NCBI GenBank assembly: GCA_963737655.1
Contig: CAVTTN010000002.1
Location: 1 to 64,000 of the forward strand
Source of the DNA: an uncultured Planctomycetota bacterium
GTDB lineage: Bacteria > Planctomycetota > Planctomycetia > Isosphaerales > Isosphaeraceae
Direction of reading: 5' to 3'
Length of the DNA: 64,000 bases
The notes below the pieces were generated by a model. The model searched no databases, was not told the DNA's origin, and saw only the letters and a program-made list of their open reading frames with translations. The position numbers and the translations under genes were made by a program. Every line of letters begins with the position of its first letter. Within the stretch, counting starts at the first letter, position 1. Positions 1-10,269 of this stretch are shown here, piece by piece.

Positions 1-132
1 CGTGGTCACAAGCTTGAGGATGACGCCGTGATGGCAGGGATTGCCACGCGGGTCAACGAGCTTCGGGAAGTCGAGATTCCGGATCTCCAGCTTCCTGGGC
101 CCGACGTACGCCACCGCGCGGTTGCCTGCCAT
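1..132 (-). CDS. fdhA: Glutathione-independent formaldehyde dehydrogenase, N-terminal part (runs off the window)
   Basis: Manual translation MAGNRAVAYVGPRKLEIRNLDFPKLVDPRGNPCHHGVILKLVTT matches the FdhA N-terminus; GGAGGA RBS upstream; absent from the ORF track. Confidence 0.85.
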   Translation of the reverse strand, partial: MAGNRAVAYVGPRKLEIRNLDFPKLVDPRGNPCHHGVILKLVTT

Positions 133-191
133 GTCAGATCCTCCTCGAATGTTGAACTATCGAGTGGAGAGCCTTGGGGGGAACCCCGAAA

Positions 192-205
192 GCAACGTCC
201 GTACC
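192..205 (-). promoter_or_regulatory. Putative sigma54 -24/-12 promoter for fdhA
   Basis: Minus strand reads cGGtacggacgttGCt (GG-N10-GC). Confidence 0.55.
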
Positions 206-329
206 GACATCCCGCGCCGGTTTAGATCGGCGATCACAAGCCGTTGCGTCGAATCGACTTGCCCAACGCGGGCTCCGACAACGATCGCCGCCACTCGACG
301 TGAAAGGCTGATCTCCGCCGTCCGGCTCG

Positions 330-340
330 GACAATGTGTC
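330..340. promoter_or_regulatory. GACA-N3-TGTC palindrome, putative enhancer site
   Basis: GACAATGTGTC, 135 bp from the fdhA -24 element. Confidence 0.5.
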
Positions 341-688
341 CGCGCTCGCCGCGCGGCTGGACCGAGAGGTTCCCGGCGCCGCATCGGCCGAAAGGGTGCA
401 ATCGAGCCTCTGGCAGCAGAAGCTCGCGAGATTGTAGATGTTTGTGGAGCGCCCGTAGGCTGGGGGCGATGGGATCAGGGATCGGGATGGGAATGCGTTT
501 GGCTTTGCTCTGCTGATCTCCCGGACAGTATTCAAAAGTTTCAAGAGACGACCAAGGATGACGACGATCGAGGCAGTCCTGCCCTGAATCGAAACGGTTC
601 CTTCCGCCCCGGGCAAGAAGTCCCGCTCGAGGGAAGCCCGTGCTGATTCTCCTCCCTTGGCGGATGGCAGCTATCGCTCGCCCGTTGG

Positions 689-877
689 GCCAAGATGTCG
701 GTCGACCGGATCGATCCCGACAAAATGTCACACGGGAGTAGCCGGAATTAGGGATACCCTGTGGCGACGAAACCCTCGGCCACCGGGTATCCAATCCCCA
801 ACGTCTTGCGCAGAAACGTGATGAAGTCGATCGACTCGGACACCTCTCGGGCAGACCCGGCCCGGCGCAGTCGTTGC
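689..877 (+). promoter_or_regulatory. Paired palindromes (689-699, 719-729) plus sigma54 promoter (864-877)
   Basis: GCCAAGATGTC and GACAAAATGTC 30 bp apart; cGGcgcagtcgttGCg. Confidence 0.55.
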
Positions 878-1006
878 GATGATGGGCCGTTCCATGGGTT
901 GGACGTTCCGGACATGTCGAGATCGGGGAGCGACACGGCGTCTCGGCGTAGGAACTCGCTCCCACCGTAAAGGGTCGAGTCTTCCCGGAATCACAGGGGT
1001 GATCAC

Positions 1007-2008
1007 ATGGCGGCCGGACACTCACCGGTCGGCGAAGATGGGCCGAACGGCTTCCGGAAGATGTTCGCGCCGGGCCGACTGACGCTCGGCGTCTTCTTCC
1101 CGATCGAGGCGTACCCGGGCGATCGGCCGACGATGCGCGACCAGGAACGCCTGGCTCGCCGGGCGGAAGAGCTAGGCTTCGCCGCGCTCTGGGTGCGGGA
1201 CGTGCCTCTGCGCGACCCGAGCTTCGGAGACGTCGGCCAAGTCTACGACCCCTGGGTCTATCTCGGCTGGATGGCGGCCCGGACGAGCTCGATCGCGCTG
1301 GCCACCGGCTCGATCGTGCTCCCGCTGCGCCACCCGCTGCACAGCGCCAAGGCTTCGGCTTCTGTCGACCGGCTCACGGAGGGCCGACTCGTGCTCGGCG
1401 TGGCCTCCGGAGACCGGCCGGTCGAGTTCCCGGCATTCGGCGTCGACTACGACCGTCGCGGCGACCTCTTCCGCGAGAACTTCCGCGTCATCCGCGCGGT
1501 GCTCGACGAGGAGTTCCCGACGGTCCAATCGGCCTATGGCAGGCTATCCGGGACGGCGGACCTGGTGCCCAGGCCGACCGGTCGGCTGCCGATTCTGGTC
1601 ACCGGCACCAGCCGTCAGAGCCTGGATTGGATCGCCGAACATTCGGACGGCTGGATCACCTATCCCCGCTCCCTGGAGCAGCAGGCGCAACTCGCGGCGC
1701 GCTGGCGGGCCGCCGTGTCGGCCGCGGCGCCGGGCGTGTTCAAGCCGTTCGTCCAGTCGTTGTACGTCGATCTGACCGACGATCCGGACGGGCCGCCGGA
1801 GCCGATCCACCTCGGCTTCCGCGCCGGCCGCAACGTCGTCTTCGGCTTCCTCGACGGCCTGCGCGGGGCCGGAGTGCACCACGTCATCCTCAACTTCAAG
1901 TACGCCAGGCGGGACGCGGCCGAGATCCTCGAAGAGGTCGGGGGGGAGATCCTGCCGCGACTCGAAGCGGAACGATCCGCCGTCCCGACTGCTTCGCCCG
2001 CGGTTTGA
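1007..2008 (+). CDS. LLM-class flavin-dependent oxidoreductase (luciferase-like)
   Basis: ALWVRDVPL, DPWVYLG and GVASGDRPVEFPAFG motifs. Confidence 0.9.
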   Translation: MAAGHSPVGEDGPNGFRKMFAPGRLTLGVFFPIEAYPGDRPTMRDQERLARRAEELGFAALWVRDVPLRDPSFGDVGQVYDPWVYLGWMAARTSSIALATGSIVLPLRHPLHSAKASASVDRLTEGRLVLGVASGDRPVEFPAFGVDYDRRGDLFRENFRVIRAVLDEEFPTVQSAYGRLSGTADLVPRPTGRLPILVTGTSRQSLDWIAEHSDGWITYPRSLEQQAQLAARWRAAVSAAAPGVFKPFVQSLYVDLTDDPDGPPEPIHLGFRAGRNVVFGFLDGLRGAGVHHVILNFKYARRDAAEILEEVGGEILPRLEAERSAVPTASPAV

Positions 2009-2023
2009 GCGAGGGCAGCGACG

Positions 2024-2989
2024 ATGAGCGAGGTAGAAACGGCCCGGGCAACGATGCGTTCCTGGGCCATCGACGCCTACGGCGGCCCGGAGCGGATGCA
2101 GATCAGGAGACTCCCGGTGCCCGAGCCGGGGCCGGGCGACGTGCTGATCGATATGTCCGGCGCCGAGGTCGGCGACTGGGACATCCTGGTGCTCGAAGGC
2201 GAATGGCCGATGGGCCGGCCGTTCCCGCTCGTCCTCGGCCTGGCCGGAGCGGGCCTGGTCGCGGCGCTCGGCGGGGAGGTGGCCGGCTTCGCCGAGGGGG
2301 ACCGCGTCTACACCTACAGTTATCCGCTCTACAACAACGGCGCCTGGGCCGAGTTCATGCTCGTGCCCGCGTCCTACGTCGCCCTCGCGCCCGCCTCGCT
2401 CGACCTGACGCGGGCGGGCGGGGTGCCGATCGTCGGCCTGACCGCGCACGAGACCCTGACGGACCTCCTGGCCGTGCAGCGGGGCGACGTGGTGTTGATC
2501 ACGGCCGCCGCCGGCGGGGTCGGCCACCTCGCCGTCCAGATCGCCTCGCGGCTCGGGGCGCACGTCGTTGCGACGGCCGGCCGGAGGAACCACGACTTCG
2601 TCCGCGCCCTCGGGGCCGAGGCGGTGATCGACTACACGGCCGAGGATGTCGTCGCGGCGATCCGGGCCCGATACCCGGACGGTGTCGACAAGGCGTTGAA
2701 TGGCGTCCCGGGCGAGGAGGCGAACCGAGTCGTGGGGACGCTTCGGAAGGGCGGTCGGATGGTCGACCTCACCGGGTCCGTGTCCGTCGTGTCACGCGAC
2801 GTCCGCGTCGATCGCGAGTACGTGGTCCAGGCCGATGGTGATCGGCTTTCCCGGGTCGCCAGGATGATCGACGACGGTTGGCTGAAGGTGGAGATCCAGG
2901 AATTCTTCCCCTTCGAGCGCGCGCCGGACGCCCTCAAGGTGATCCAGGCCAAGCACGTACGCGGCAAGATCGTGCTCCGGATCGCGTGA
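2024..2989 (+). CDS. NADP-dependent oxidoreductase (MDR / quinone oxidoreductase family)
   Basis: GroES-like N-terminus, AAAGGVG nucleotide-binding motif, C-terminal RGKIVL. Confidence 0.9.
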   Translation: MSEVETARATMRSWAIDAYGGPERMQIRRLPVPEPGPGDVLIDMSGAEVGDWDILVLEGEWPMGRPFPLVLGLAGAGLVAALGGEVAGFAEGDRVYTYSYPLYNNGAWAEFMLVPASYVALAPASLDLTRAGGVPIVGLTAHETLTDLLAVQRGDVVLITAAAGGVGHLAVQIASRLGAHVVATAGRRNHDFVRALGAEAVIDYTAEDVVAAIRARYPDGVDKALNGVPGEEANRVVGTLRKGGRMVDLTGSVSVVSRDVRVDREYVVQADGDRLSRVARMIDDGWLKVEIQEFFPFERAPDALKVIQAKHVRGKIVLRIA

Positions 2990-3060
2990 CGGCACCCGGC
3001 CTCGTCGCCGGTCGAATGGGCGCCCGGGAGGCGCGGGGCACCGCGTGACGATCGGCCACC

Positions 3061-3819
3061 ATGAGCGCCATCCTCGTTCTCCTACTCGTGCTGATGTTCT
3101 CTCTACTCGTCACGCGACTGGCCACCTCGGCCTTGATGCTGACCGGCGTCTCTCATCAACTGGCGAGGTTGCAGGCGCTCTCTGCGCTCACGGGCGTCGG
3201 CTTCACGACCTCGGAATCCGAGCGCATCGTCGACCACCCGGTGCGACGCCGGATCCTGATCCTCATGATGCTCGTCGGCAACGCCGGGTTCGTGACGGAG
3301 GCCTCGACGCTCGTCCTGTCGTTCGTCGGGGTGACCGGGCGGGCCGAGGTCCTGCTGCGCGGTGGCTGGCTCGTTGGCGGGCTGCTGGCCCTCGGGCTGG
3401 TCGCCCGGAGCGAGTGGATCGAGCGGCACATGCTCCACGTGATGGGCTGGGCCCTGCGCCGGTGGACCGACCTGGAGGACTACGACTTCGTGGAACTGCT
3501 GGAGATGGCCGGAGGCTACCGAGTCCGGAGGATCGGCGTCGATCTCGGTGACTGGGTGGAAGGCCGGCGGCTCGATGAGCTGAAGCTCCTCGACGAGGGG
3601 ATCACGGTACTGGGCATCCACCGCCCGGATGGGTCTTACCTCGGAGTTCCTCGCGGCGAGACGATGATCCGGGTAGGCGACCGGCTCGTGCTGTACGGGC
3701 GCGACGATCGGCTCCGGGAGCTGGACGATCGCCGGTCAGGGGAAACCGGCGCCCAGGGCGCATCTCCGGGCCATGAACGACCACGGGCAAGACCGCCGGC
3801 ATCAGTCGCGATTCGATGA
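3061..3819 (+). CDS. Membrane protein with C-terminal TrkA-C (RCK_C) domain
   Basis: N-terminal TM helices with TGVGFTTSESE; C-terminal GITVLGIHR...GDRLVLYG. Confidence 0.8.
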   Translation: MSAILVLLLVLMFSLLVTRLATSALMLTGVSHQLARLQALSALTGVGFTTSESERIVDHPVRRRILILMMLVGNAGFVTEASTLVLSFVGVTGRAEVLLRGGWLVGGLLALGLVARSEWIERHMLHVMGWALRRWTDLEDYDFVELLEMAGGYRVRRIGVDLGDWVEGRRLDELKLLDEGITVLGIHRPDGSYLGVPRGETMIRVGDRLVLYGRDDRLRELDDRRSGETGAQGASPGHERPRARPPASVAIR

Positions 3820-3901
3820 GGCGCTCCCTCAGGGCGCGACTGGGGGCCAATCGCCCCCATGATCCGTGGCCAGCGCCCAAGCTGGCGCCGGGGCGGGATG
3901 C

Positions 3902-4081
3902 GACAAATCGTCACCTCCTCCGGGTCACGGCGACAGTCTGTCCCGGTCGGTGGCCGGCCCCGGGCGAGCGGACCGGGGACCGCGGCGCCCTCACCTCTAT
4001 CCCCAAATCGTTTCAAGTCAAGGCGTTTCGCGGCGCCGCCCCGGCCCCCCAGGCGAGTTGGCGGCACGGCCTTCCCATTGC
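3902..4081 (+). promoter_or_regulatory. Paired palindromes (3902-3912, 3932-3942) plus sigma54 promoter (4068-4081)
   Basis: GACAAATCGTC and GACAGTCTGTC 30 bp apart; cGGccttcccattGCa. Confidence 0.6.
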
Positions 4082-4178
4082 AATAAGGCGGATCGGTCGG
4101 CAGCCCTGCCCGTTCGGGCGGGGGCCGGCGGACCGGCACCCGGAGACGGACGAGTCGGAAGGGACGGAGGAGTGAGCC

Positions 4179-4724
4179 ATGAGCACCTCGACGGTGACGG
4201 ACAGCGAGCTGGAACGCCACGTCCTGGAAGTGCTGGAGTGGGATCTGAGCGTGGACGCGGCGAACCTCGACCTCCTGGTCGAGGACGGCACCGTCACCCT
4301 CCGCCGCCACGTGCCGTCGGATGCGGAGCGGAACCTGGCCGAGCGAGTGGGGATGCGCGTCTTCGGCGTCGAGGCCGTTATCAACGAGCTCGACGTCAAG
4401 CTGCCCGGCAAAAGCCCTCGCAGCGATCAGGAGATCGCCGTGGCGGCCGTCTTCGCCCTCGGGTCCGCCCTCGCCGTGACGGCGGACCGGATCCAGGTCA
4501 CGGTCGGTGAGGGGTGGCTAAAGCTGGAAGGCGAGGTGACCATCGTCAGCAGGGCCAGGACGAACACCACCCAGGACGCCGTCCGCTACCTGGCCGGCGT
4601 GACGGGGGTCATCAGCCTGATCTCGCTCGGGTCGCGCGGTTCCACGGCGAATAGACGATTGAAGGTCGAGCAGGCGTTGGAGCGCAATGCCGAGCTGGTG
4701 TTCGATTCGCACGATCGGAAGTGA
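4179..4724 (+). CDS. BON-domain (OsmY-like) protein, degenerate and truncated paralog of 9383-10048
   Basis: Collinear with the intact BON protein, but diverged and lacking most of the third BON domain. Confidence 0.75.
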   Translation: MSTSTVTDSELERHVLEVLEWDLSVDAANLDLLVEDGTVTLRRHVPSDAERNLAERVGMRVFGVEAVINELDVKLPGKSPRSDQEIAVAAVFALGSALAVTADRIQVTVGEGWLKLEGEVTIVSRARTNTTQDAVRYLAGVTGVISLISLGSRGSTANRRLKVEQALERNAELVFDSHDRK

Positions 4725-4746
4725 GTCGGACGGAAAGAGGCCACCG

Positions 4747-4962
4747 ATGAGCGTAGGCAAACTCTTGATTCTGATCGGGATCGCCCTCGTGGTCGTCGGC
4801 GTGTTGTGGACGCTGGGGGGGCGGGTGGGGCTGGGCCGGTTGCCGGGGGACATTGTCGTCCGCGGCGAGCGGTGCACGTTCTACTTCCCCCTGGCCACCT
4901 GTCTGGTGCTCAGCGTCCTGTTCAGCCTGGTCCTGTGGTTCCTCCAGCGCTGGGGTCGGTGA
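4747..4962 (+). CDS. DUF2905-family small membrane protein
   Basis: GLGRLPGDI...FYFPLATC signature. Confidence 0.85.
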   Translation: MSVGKLLILIGIALVVVGVLWTLGGRVGLGRLPGDIVVRGERCTFYFPLATCLVLSVLFSLVLWFLQRWGR

Positions 4963-5529
4963 TCGAACCGCCCTCGGGTGGGGGTGGCGCGGCGACGACC
5001 ACCCTGGCCGGGCGGAGGACCCGCTCGTGCAGGCGGTAACCGGGTTCGAGGACCTCAACCACGGTGCCCGGGGACAGGTCCGATCGGGGTCGCTGCATGA
5101 CCGCCTCACGCACGTTGGGGTCGAACGGCTGATCGAGGGCAATGATAGGGGTGACCCCGGAGCGGCCCAGGATCGCGAGCAGGTTCGACTGCACCAAGGC
5201 CACCCCTTGGATCATCGGTCCCGACTCCGCCTGCCCGCGGACGGCTCCCAGGGCGCGTTCCAGGTCGTCCAGGACCGGCAACAGCTCGCGGGCGAAGGAG
5301 CCGAAGGCGTGGCGCTGCCCCTCGGTCTGGTCACGCCGGACGCGCTTCTGATAGTTGTCGAAATCGGCCCGGCTGCGCTGGAGCAGGGAGAGATACTCGT
5401 CCCGCTGTTGCTCGGCGGCCGCCACAGCGACTCCATGTCATCCAGGACGGCCGAGGACGTCCCGGCCTCCGGCTCCGCCGCGTTCGGGCTGCCTTCGCCG
5501 GCGGATGCTCCTGTCTCGCGATCGGCCAT
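4922..5529 (-). pseudogene. grpE: Nucleotide exchange factor GrpE, frameshifted near 5425
   Basis: RADFDNYQKR, LLPVLDDLERA, FDPN, GYRLHERVLRPARVVV; the N-terminus (MADRETG...) is in another frame. Confidence 0.85.
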
Positions 5530-5555
5530 GGCTGATGCTCCGTTGAAGGACGGAA

Positions 5556-6647
5556 CTACGCATGTGATCCCGCGGGGACGTTCCCACTCGTCTCCGGGGC
5601 GGTGCCCGAGGCGTCGGCTCGTTCGCCCGCCTTCAGGTATTCACCGGCCAGCAGGCGTTCTCTCAGCGTTTGGCGGGCCGCTTCGATGTCCGCCTCCACT
5701 TCGCCCGCGGGGCGGCCCTGGAGCCTGGCGACTTCGGCCGCGGAGTAGTTCTCCAGGGCGTGGAGCAGGAAGGCTTGCCGCCGGGCCCGCGGCAGTTGGT
5801 GGATCAGGGACAGGAGGCGGTCCCTCTGCTCCTCCGAGTCGAGCTCGTCCCAGGCGGGGGTCGCCTTTGCATCTGGGATCAAGTCCCCCAGGGTGAATGT
5901 CTCCGTTTCGCTGAGGACTTCCTTCCACCATTCCTGCTCGTCCTGGGGGTGCCCTTCGTCCGTCCGGGCCTTCTGTTCCAGCGAGATGTGGGGCCGGGGC
6001 TCCTGCTTGATCCACTGCTCCAGGGCCTCATCGAGGAGGTCGACGAGCCAGAGGTCCAGGGGCAGTTGCGTCGGGCGGTCCGCGAAGCGCTGCCACGCCT
6101 TGATCAGGACCTGGTCCAGCAGGTCGTCCAGGGCCACCTCTCCCCGATGGAGCAGCCCCTCCAGTTCTAGCGTCCTCAGCGCACGGCGCGCGTGGTCGCG
6201 GAGGATGCGGAGGTGCGGGCGGAGCAGCCGGTCGAAGTCCTCCCGCCGCCCGTGCCCCACGTCCCGCTCCAGTAAGGGGCCGGCTGCGCTCAGGTCGGCC
6301 CGGTTGCGGCCCTTACGCTTGAAGAGGGAGTCTTGACGGACCCGCTCCTTGTGCTTCTTGATCTCGGTGACGAGCGCGTCGGCAACGCGGTCGAGGGCGA
6401 CTTGCGGGTCCTCTGCGTTCGCCTCTGCCGCCAGCGTACCGGTCGGCAGGTGGAGGACGGCCCGGACTTCATACCACGACGGCTGGGAATCCCGCCGGTG
6501 TTACGAGGCGGTGAGCCGGATCTCCCGAGGGTCCGCGCGGTTTGGGACCAGGAGCTTTTCCAGCCGCGGCAACTTCTTCTCCCAGTAGGATTCCAGGCTT
6601 TGCTTGACGGCGTCGTCAACCCCGTTGAAGACCCGATGGCTGCTCAT
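5556..6647 (-). pseudogene. HPF/RaiA-like domain fused to an ECF/sigma70 region-4-like domain; in-frame TAA at 6501-6503
   Basis: MSSHRVFNGVD...KKLPRLEKLL...[TAA]...ALDRVADALVTEIKKHKERVR, then in the same frame LPRARRQAFLLHALENYSAAEVARLQGRP. Confidence 0.7.
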
Positions 6648-6732
6648 CCGGCTCTCCTCTGGTCTCGGACAAGGATCACCTCCTTCCTGGAGGGGACGTT
6701 CCGCGGATGCAGAAGCTCGACTCCGCTGCTCC

Positions 6733-7048
6733 GCAAGAGGAATGCCGAAGCCCCTGAGGCCGTCGGCCCGGATGCGTCGCGACGCAAACCCAGGTTTTCG
6801 CCGGGAAACGGGGTCGCCGGTCCAAGCCGGGTGCCGGGTAGGCGACGCCTGCGGGTGCGGCAATATGTCCCTCGACAGGGGCGGTCCCGACAGAATGTCA
6901 CGCCGCGGAGGCCGGGACGATCGTCCACGTCCGGGATCCTTCTCCCCGCCCCGCGGCGATTCCATCCCTAACGGTTTGCTCGGGCGAGTCTTGAGGACGT
7001 CCGCTCCGAGGGTCCGTACCGGCCCCGGCCGCCCGGCACATGCGTTGC
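6733..7048. promoter_or_regulatory. Divergent sigma54 promoters (6733-6746 minus, 7035-7048 plus) sharing paired palindromes (6859-6869, 6889-6899)
   Basis: cGGcattcctcttGCg (minus); cGGcacatgcgttGCg (plus); GGCAATATGTC and GACAGAATGTC 30 bp apart. Confidence 0.65.
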
Positions 7049-7107
7049 GTTCGATCGGGTGGGGCCAGTTTGGGAGAAGGGCATCGGTCAGGCAGGATTC
7101 AACACGC

Positions 7108-8259
7108 ATGACCATCGAGCTGCGGATTCATGAAGGGACCATCCGACCCAGCGTGGTGGACGCGCTGGAGACCCTCAGCGCCCCGGAGCGCTGGGCGAGC
7201 AGCTACTACCTCGACCTGGGCTCGCGAGACCAGGTCGACGTCCGCGGGATGCGCCTGGCGGTGTCTCAGAGCCTGGAGCAACAACGGAAGCGACTCGACG
7301 AACTCGACGTGCGGGGGGAGGTGCGACACGCGCTTCAAGGCGACTGGGAGAAGGTCCAGGAGTTCGCCCTGACGACCGTGGGAAAGCGCGGGATCCGGTC
7401 GCTGGCCTGTTTCATCGCGTCCGAGAGCGACCAGGCCGTGGCGCTGCGCCTCACCTGGCCCCTCCGGGACCGAGCGTTCTTCGAGGATCGGTTCGTCGTG
7501 TGGCCCCTCCAACAGGTCCTGGACCAGTCCGATCGTTATGCCATCGCGCTGACGGACAAGGATGACGCGCGGCTCTTCCTCTACAACCAGGGGCAGATCG
7601 AGGAGGTCGGCGAAATCCATGATGAGATCCCGGGGAAGATCCGCTTCTCCGTGCGTTGGCGCGAGATGGAATACAGGCACAAGCATGTCGAAGCCTTCCA
7701 CCACCACTTCGCGAAGGTGGCCGAGACAGTGCTGCGTCTGTTCCGGCGGGAGCCATTCGAGCACCTGATCATCGGCGGGCTCTGGGAGACCCTTCCCCAG
7801 TTCGAGGCCCATCTGCACCGCTACCTGCACGACCGGCTCGTGGCCCGGTGGGACATCAACGTGGGAACGGCCACCCAGGGGATCATCGGGCGCACCGAGC
7901 AGGAAGAACGGCAGTTCCTTCGGCGCCAGGCCGAGGAGACCTGGGAGGAGATTCAGGACCAGCGGCCGCAGCCGGGGGCGCTGGGGCCCGAGGAGGTGTT
8001 CTCCGCCCTCTGGGGGCGGCGGGTCCAGACTCTGCTCGAGGAGCCTGACGCGGTGCGGGCGGGTCTTCGCTGCACCGTCTGCGGCCGGCTGCAACTCGGC
8101 CAGGGCCCGTGCGTCGAGTGCGGCGGCCAGACGGCCGGGATACCCGACATCTTCGAGGAGGCGGTCCGCGAGGCCATCGAGCAGGACGCCCACGTGCGCT
8201 ACTGGAAGGCCCCGGCCCTGGAGCGGGTCGACTCCATCGCAGCATCCCGCCGGTACTGA
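7108..8259 (+). CDS. Bacterial aeRF1/pelota-like protein (baeRF family, Balon-like) with Zn ribbon
   Basis: eRF1-like layout (SYYLDL, ARLFL, HLIIGG, VQTLL), CxxC...CxxC insert, no GGQ motif. Confidence 0.7.
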   Translation: MTIELRIHEGTIRPSVVDALETLSAPERWASSYYLDLGSRDQVDVRGMRLAVSQSLEQQRKRLDELDVRGEVRHALQGDWEKVQEFALTTVGKRGIRSLACFIASESDQAVALRLTWPLRDRAFFEDRFVVWPLQQVLDQSDRYAIALTDKDDARLFLYNQGQIEEVGEIHDEIPGKIRFSVRWREMEYRHKHVEAFHHHFAKVAETVLRLFRREPFEHLIIGGLWETLPQFEAHLHRYLHDRLVARWDINVGTATQGIIGRTEQEERQFLRRQAEETWEEIQDQRPQPGALGPEEVFSALWGRRVQTLLEEPDAVRAGLRCTVCGRLQLGQGPCVECGGQTAGIPDIFEEAVREAIEQDAHVRYWKAPALERVDSIAASRRY

Positions 8260-9106
8260 ACTGACGACCGGCCCCGGGGGAGCCGACCCGACAGGAGCCC
8301 TGAGCTGGAGTCTCGTCCCGGAGAGAGCCGGTGCCGGTGGTCTCCGCCCACAAGACCAGCTCGAACTTGTCATCCATCTTGATTGCCACGGGCCCCATGG
8401 ATTGCTTGATCCGCGTCCCTTCCAACCGGGTGCTGTAGTCGTTGCCGATCTCGCCCTCATAGGACTCGCTCCCCCGACCTCGCCCACGGCCATGACCGTG
8501 ATTCGGCGGGAGGGCGACTCGGATGACGATTGTCGGGCGACGTTCGGCGACGCGGACGCCTACGCGGAGCATTTCCACGACCCACGCCGCGGTGGGGCTT
8601 GGCTCTGATCGGTCAGCCGGTCGGGCGAGCAGTTGTTCCATACGGCCGACTCTGGAGTGCAATCTCGGAGCGACGGAGCGGTCTGATGGCTGTCCGAATT
8701 GGTCATGTACTCGGCCTCGCCGGGCACTTCGGCCGGCACTCGATAGCCACGCCATCGGAGCCTCACCGCGAGTTATCAGAGCAAGATGCCGACTGCTTGG
8801 CGAGGCCTCCCGGACCCCGCCGTCTGGGCGTGACAGAGGATCTCCCGGCGGGGCATTGTGAGCGCCGAGGCAATCGTCCGTAGCCAGGTCGGGAGACCTG
8901 CCAGTCGAGGCGGCGGGGCGACGTCCCCGGTCCGTTTGCCTAACGATGGCGCCCCCCACCCTGGCCCCCCCTGGGATGGCTTCGAAGCACGATCACCGGC
9001 GAATCGATCCCTGCAAATCCAGGTTCCCCGACGAGGAGGGTCGGGGCGAGGGGTCGGCTCGCCCACCCCGGACTGTGCGGGAAGCGACTCGTGCATGTTT
9101 GCCGAA

Positions 9107-9287
9107 GACAAAACGTCATCTCGGCACGAGTCCGACGACAGATTGTCCCAGACGGATGGCATCCCCGATGGATGGGCCGGGGACCAGGACAACCTCCCTT
9201 CTTTCCACAAATCGGTTGAGGGCGAAGCGTTTCGCCTCGATCACCGAGTGCCCCCCGGCCATCGGGACGACGCGGCCTCCCCGTTGC
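9107..9287 (+). promoter_or_regulatory. Paired palindromes (9107-9117, 9137-9147) plus sigma54 promoter (9274-9287)
   Basis: GACAAAACGTC and GACAGATTGTC 30 bp apart; cGGcctccccgttGCa. Confidence 0.6.
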
Positions 9288-9382
9288 AAGAGGGCGGATC
9301 GGTCGGCAGCCTCGCCCGATCGGGCCGGGCCAGGCGGACCACCACCCGGGGACGGACATGGCGGAATGGGGAGGAGGCACAC

Positions 9383-10048
9383 ATGAGCACGGCTACGACA
9401 TCGGACACCGAACTGCAGAGTGACGTCCTGGACGAGCTGAGGTGGGAGCCGACCGTGGACGCGGCCCACATCGGCGTCTCGGTCAAGAACGGCGTCGTCA
9501 CCCTCACCGGCCACGTGCCGTCGTACGCGGAGAAGTACGCGGCGGAGAGGGCGGCCCAGCGCGTCCACGGCGTCAGGGCCGTCGCCAACGAGATCGACGT
9601 CAAGCTGCCCGGCAGCAGCCGCCGCACCGACGAGGACATCGCCGCGGCGGCCGTCAACGCCCTGAAAGCCAATCTCTCCGTGCCGCACGACAAGGTCAAG
9701 GTCACCGTCAGCAACGGCTGGGTGACGCTCGAGGGCGAGGTCGAGTGGCAGTATCAGAAGATGGCCGCCGAGAACTCCGTCCGCTACCTGGCCGGCGTGA
9801 CGGGGGTGAGCAACCTGATCACCGTCAAGCCGCACGTCTCGCCGGGCGAGATCAAGTCCAAGATCGAGAATGCCCTCAAGCGCAGCGCCGAGATGGATGC
9901 CCGCCGGATCACCGTCGAGGTGGACGGGGGCAGGGTGACGTTGCGCGGTACCGTGCGCTCCTGGGCCGAGAAGGAGGAGGCCGCGCGGGAAGCCTGGGCG
10001 GCCCCCGGGGTCTCCAGCGTCGAGAATCACATCGTCGTCGAACCGTGA
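9383..10048 (+). CDS. BON-domain protein (three BON domains, OsmY-like)
   Basis: Three GxVTLxG...V..V.N.I repeats; GGAGG RBS. Confidence 0.92.
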   Translation: MSTATTSDTELQSDVLDELRWEPTVDAAHIGVSVKNGVVTLTGHVPSYAEKYAAERAAQRVHGVRAVANEIDVKLPGSSRRTDEDIAAAAVNALKANLSVPHDKVKVTVSNGWVTLEGEVEWQYQKMAAENSVRYLAGVTGVSNLITVKPHVSPGEIKSKIENALKRSAEMDARRITVEVDGGRVTLRGTVRSWAEKEEAAREAWAAPGVSSVENHIVVEP

Positions 10049-10269
10049 CGACCGCGCGGACCCGGACCTTCCGGCCGGGGTCAACGCCATCGAGCAACCT
10101 TCCTCGCCTCCGCCCCCGAGACTCGGAGCGGACGCGACCACAATCTCGAGATCTCCACGCGTTCGACCGGGTCGGCGACACGGCGCCGCTCGATCGGCTA
10201 CGGCGGGGTCGAACAAGGCACTCCGTATCGGGAATGATCGCCAGGGACTCAAACTTCAGGGAGTAGATC

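Noticed and set aside
8260..9100. Possible small gene or remnant between the aeRF1-like and BON genes
   Set aside because: No frame has a convincing start, RBS or recognisable motif
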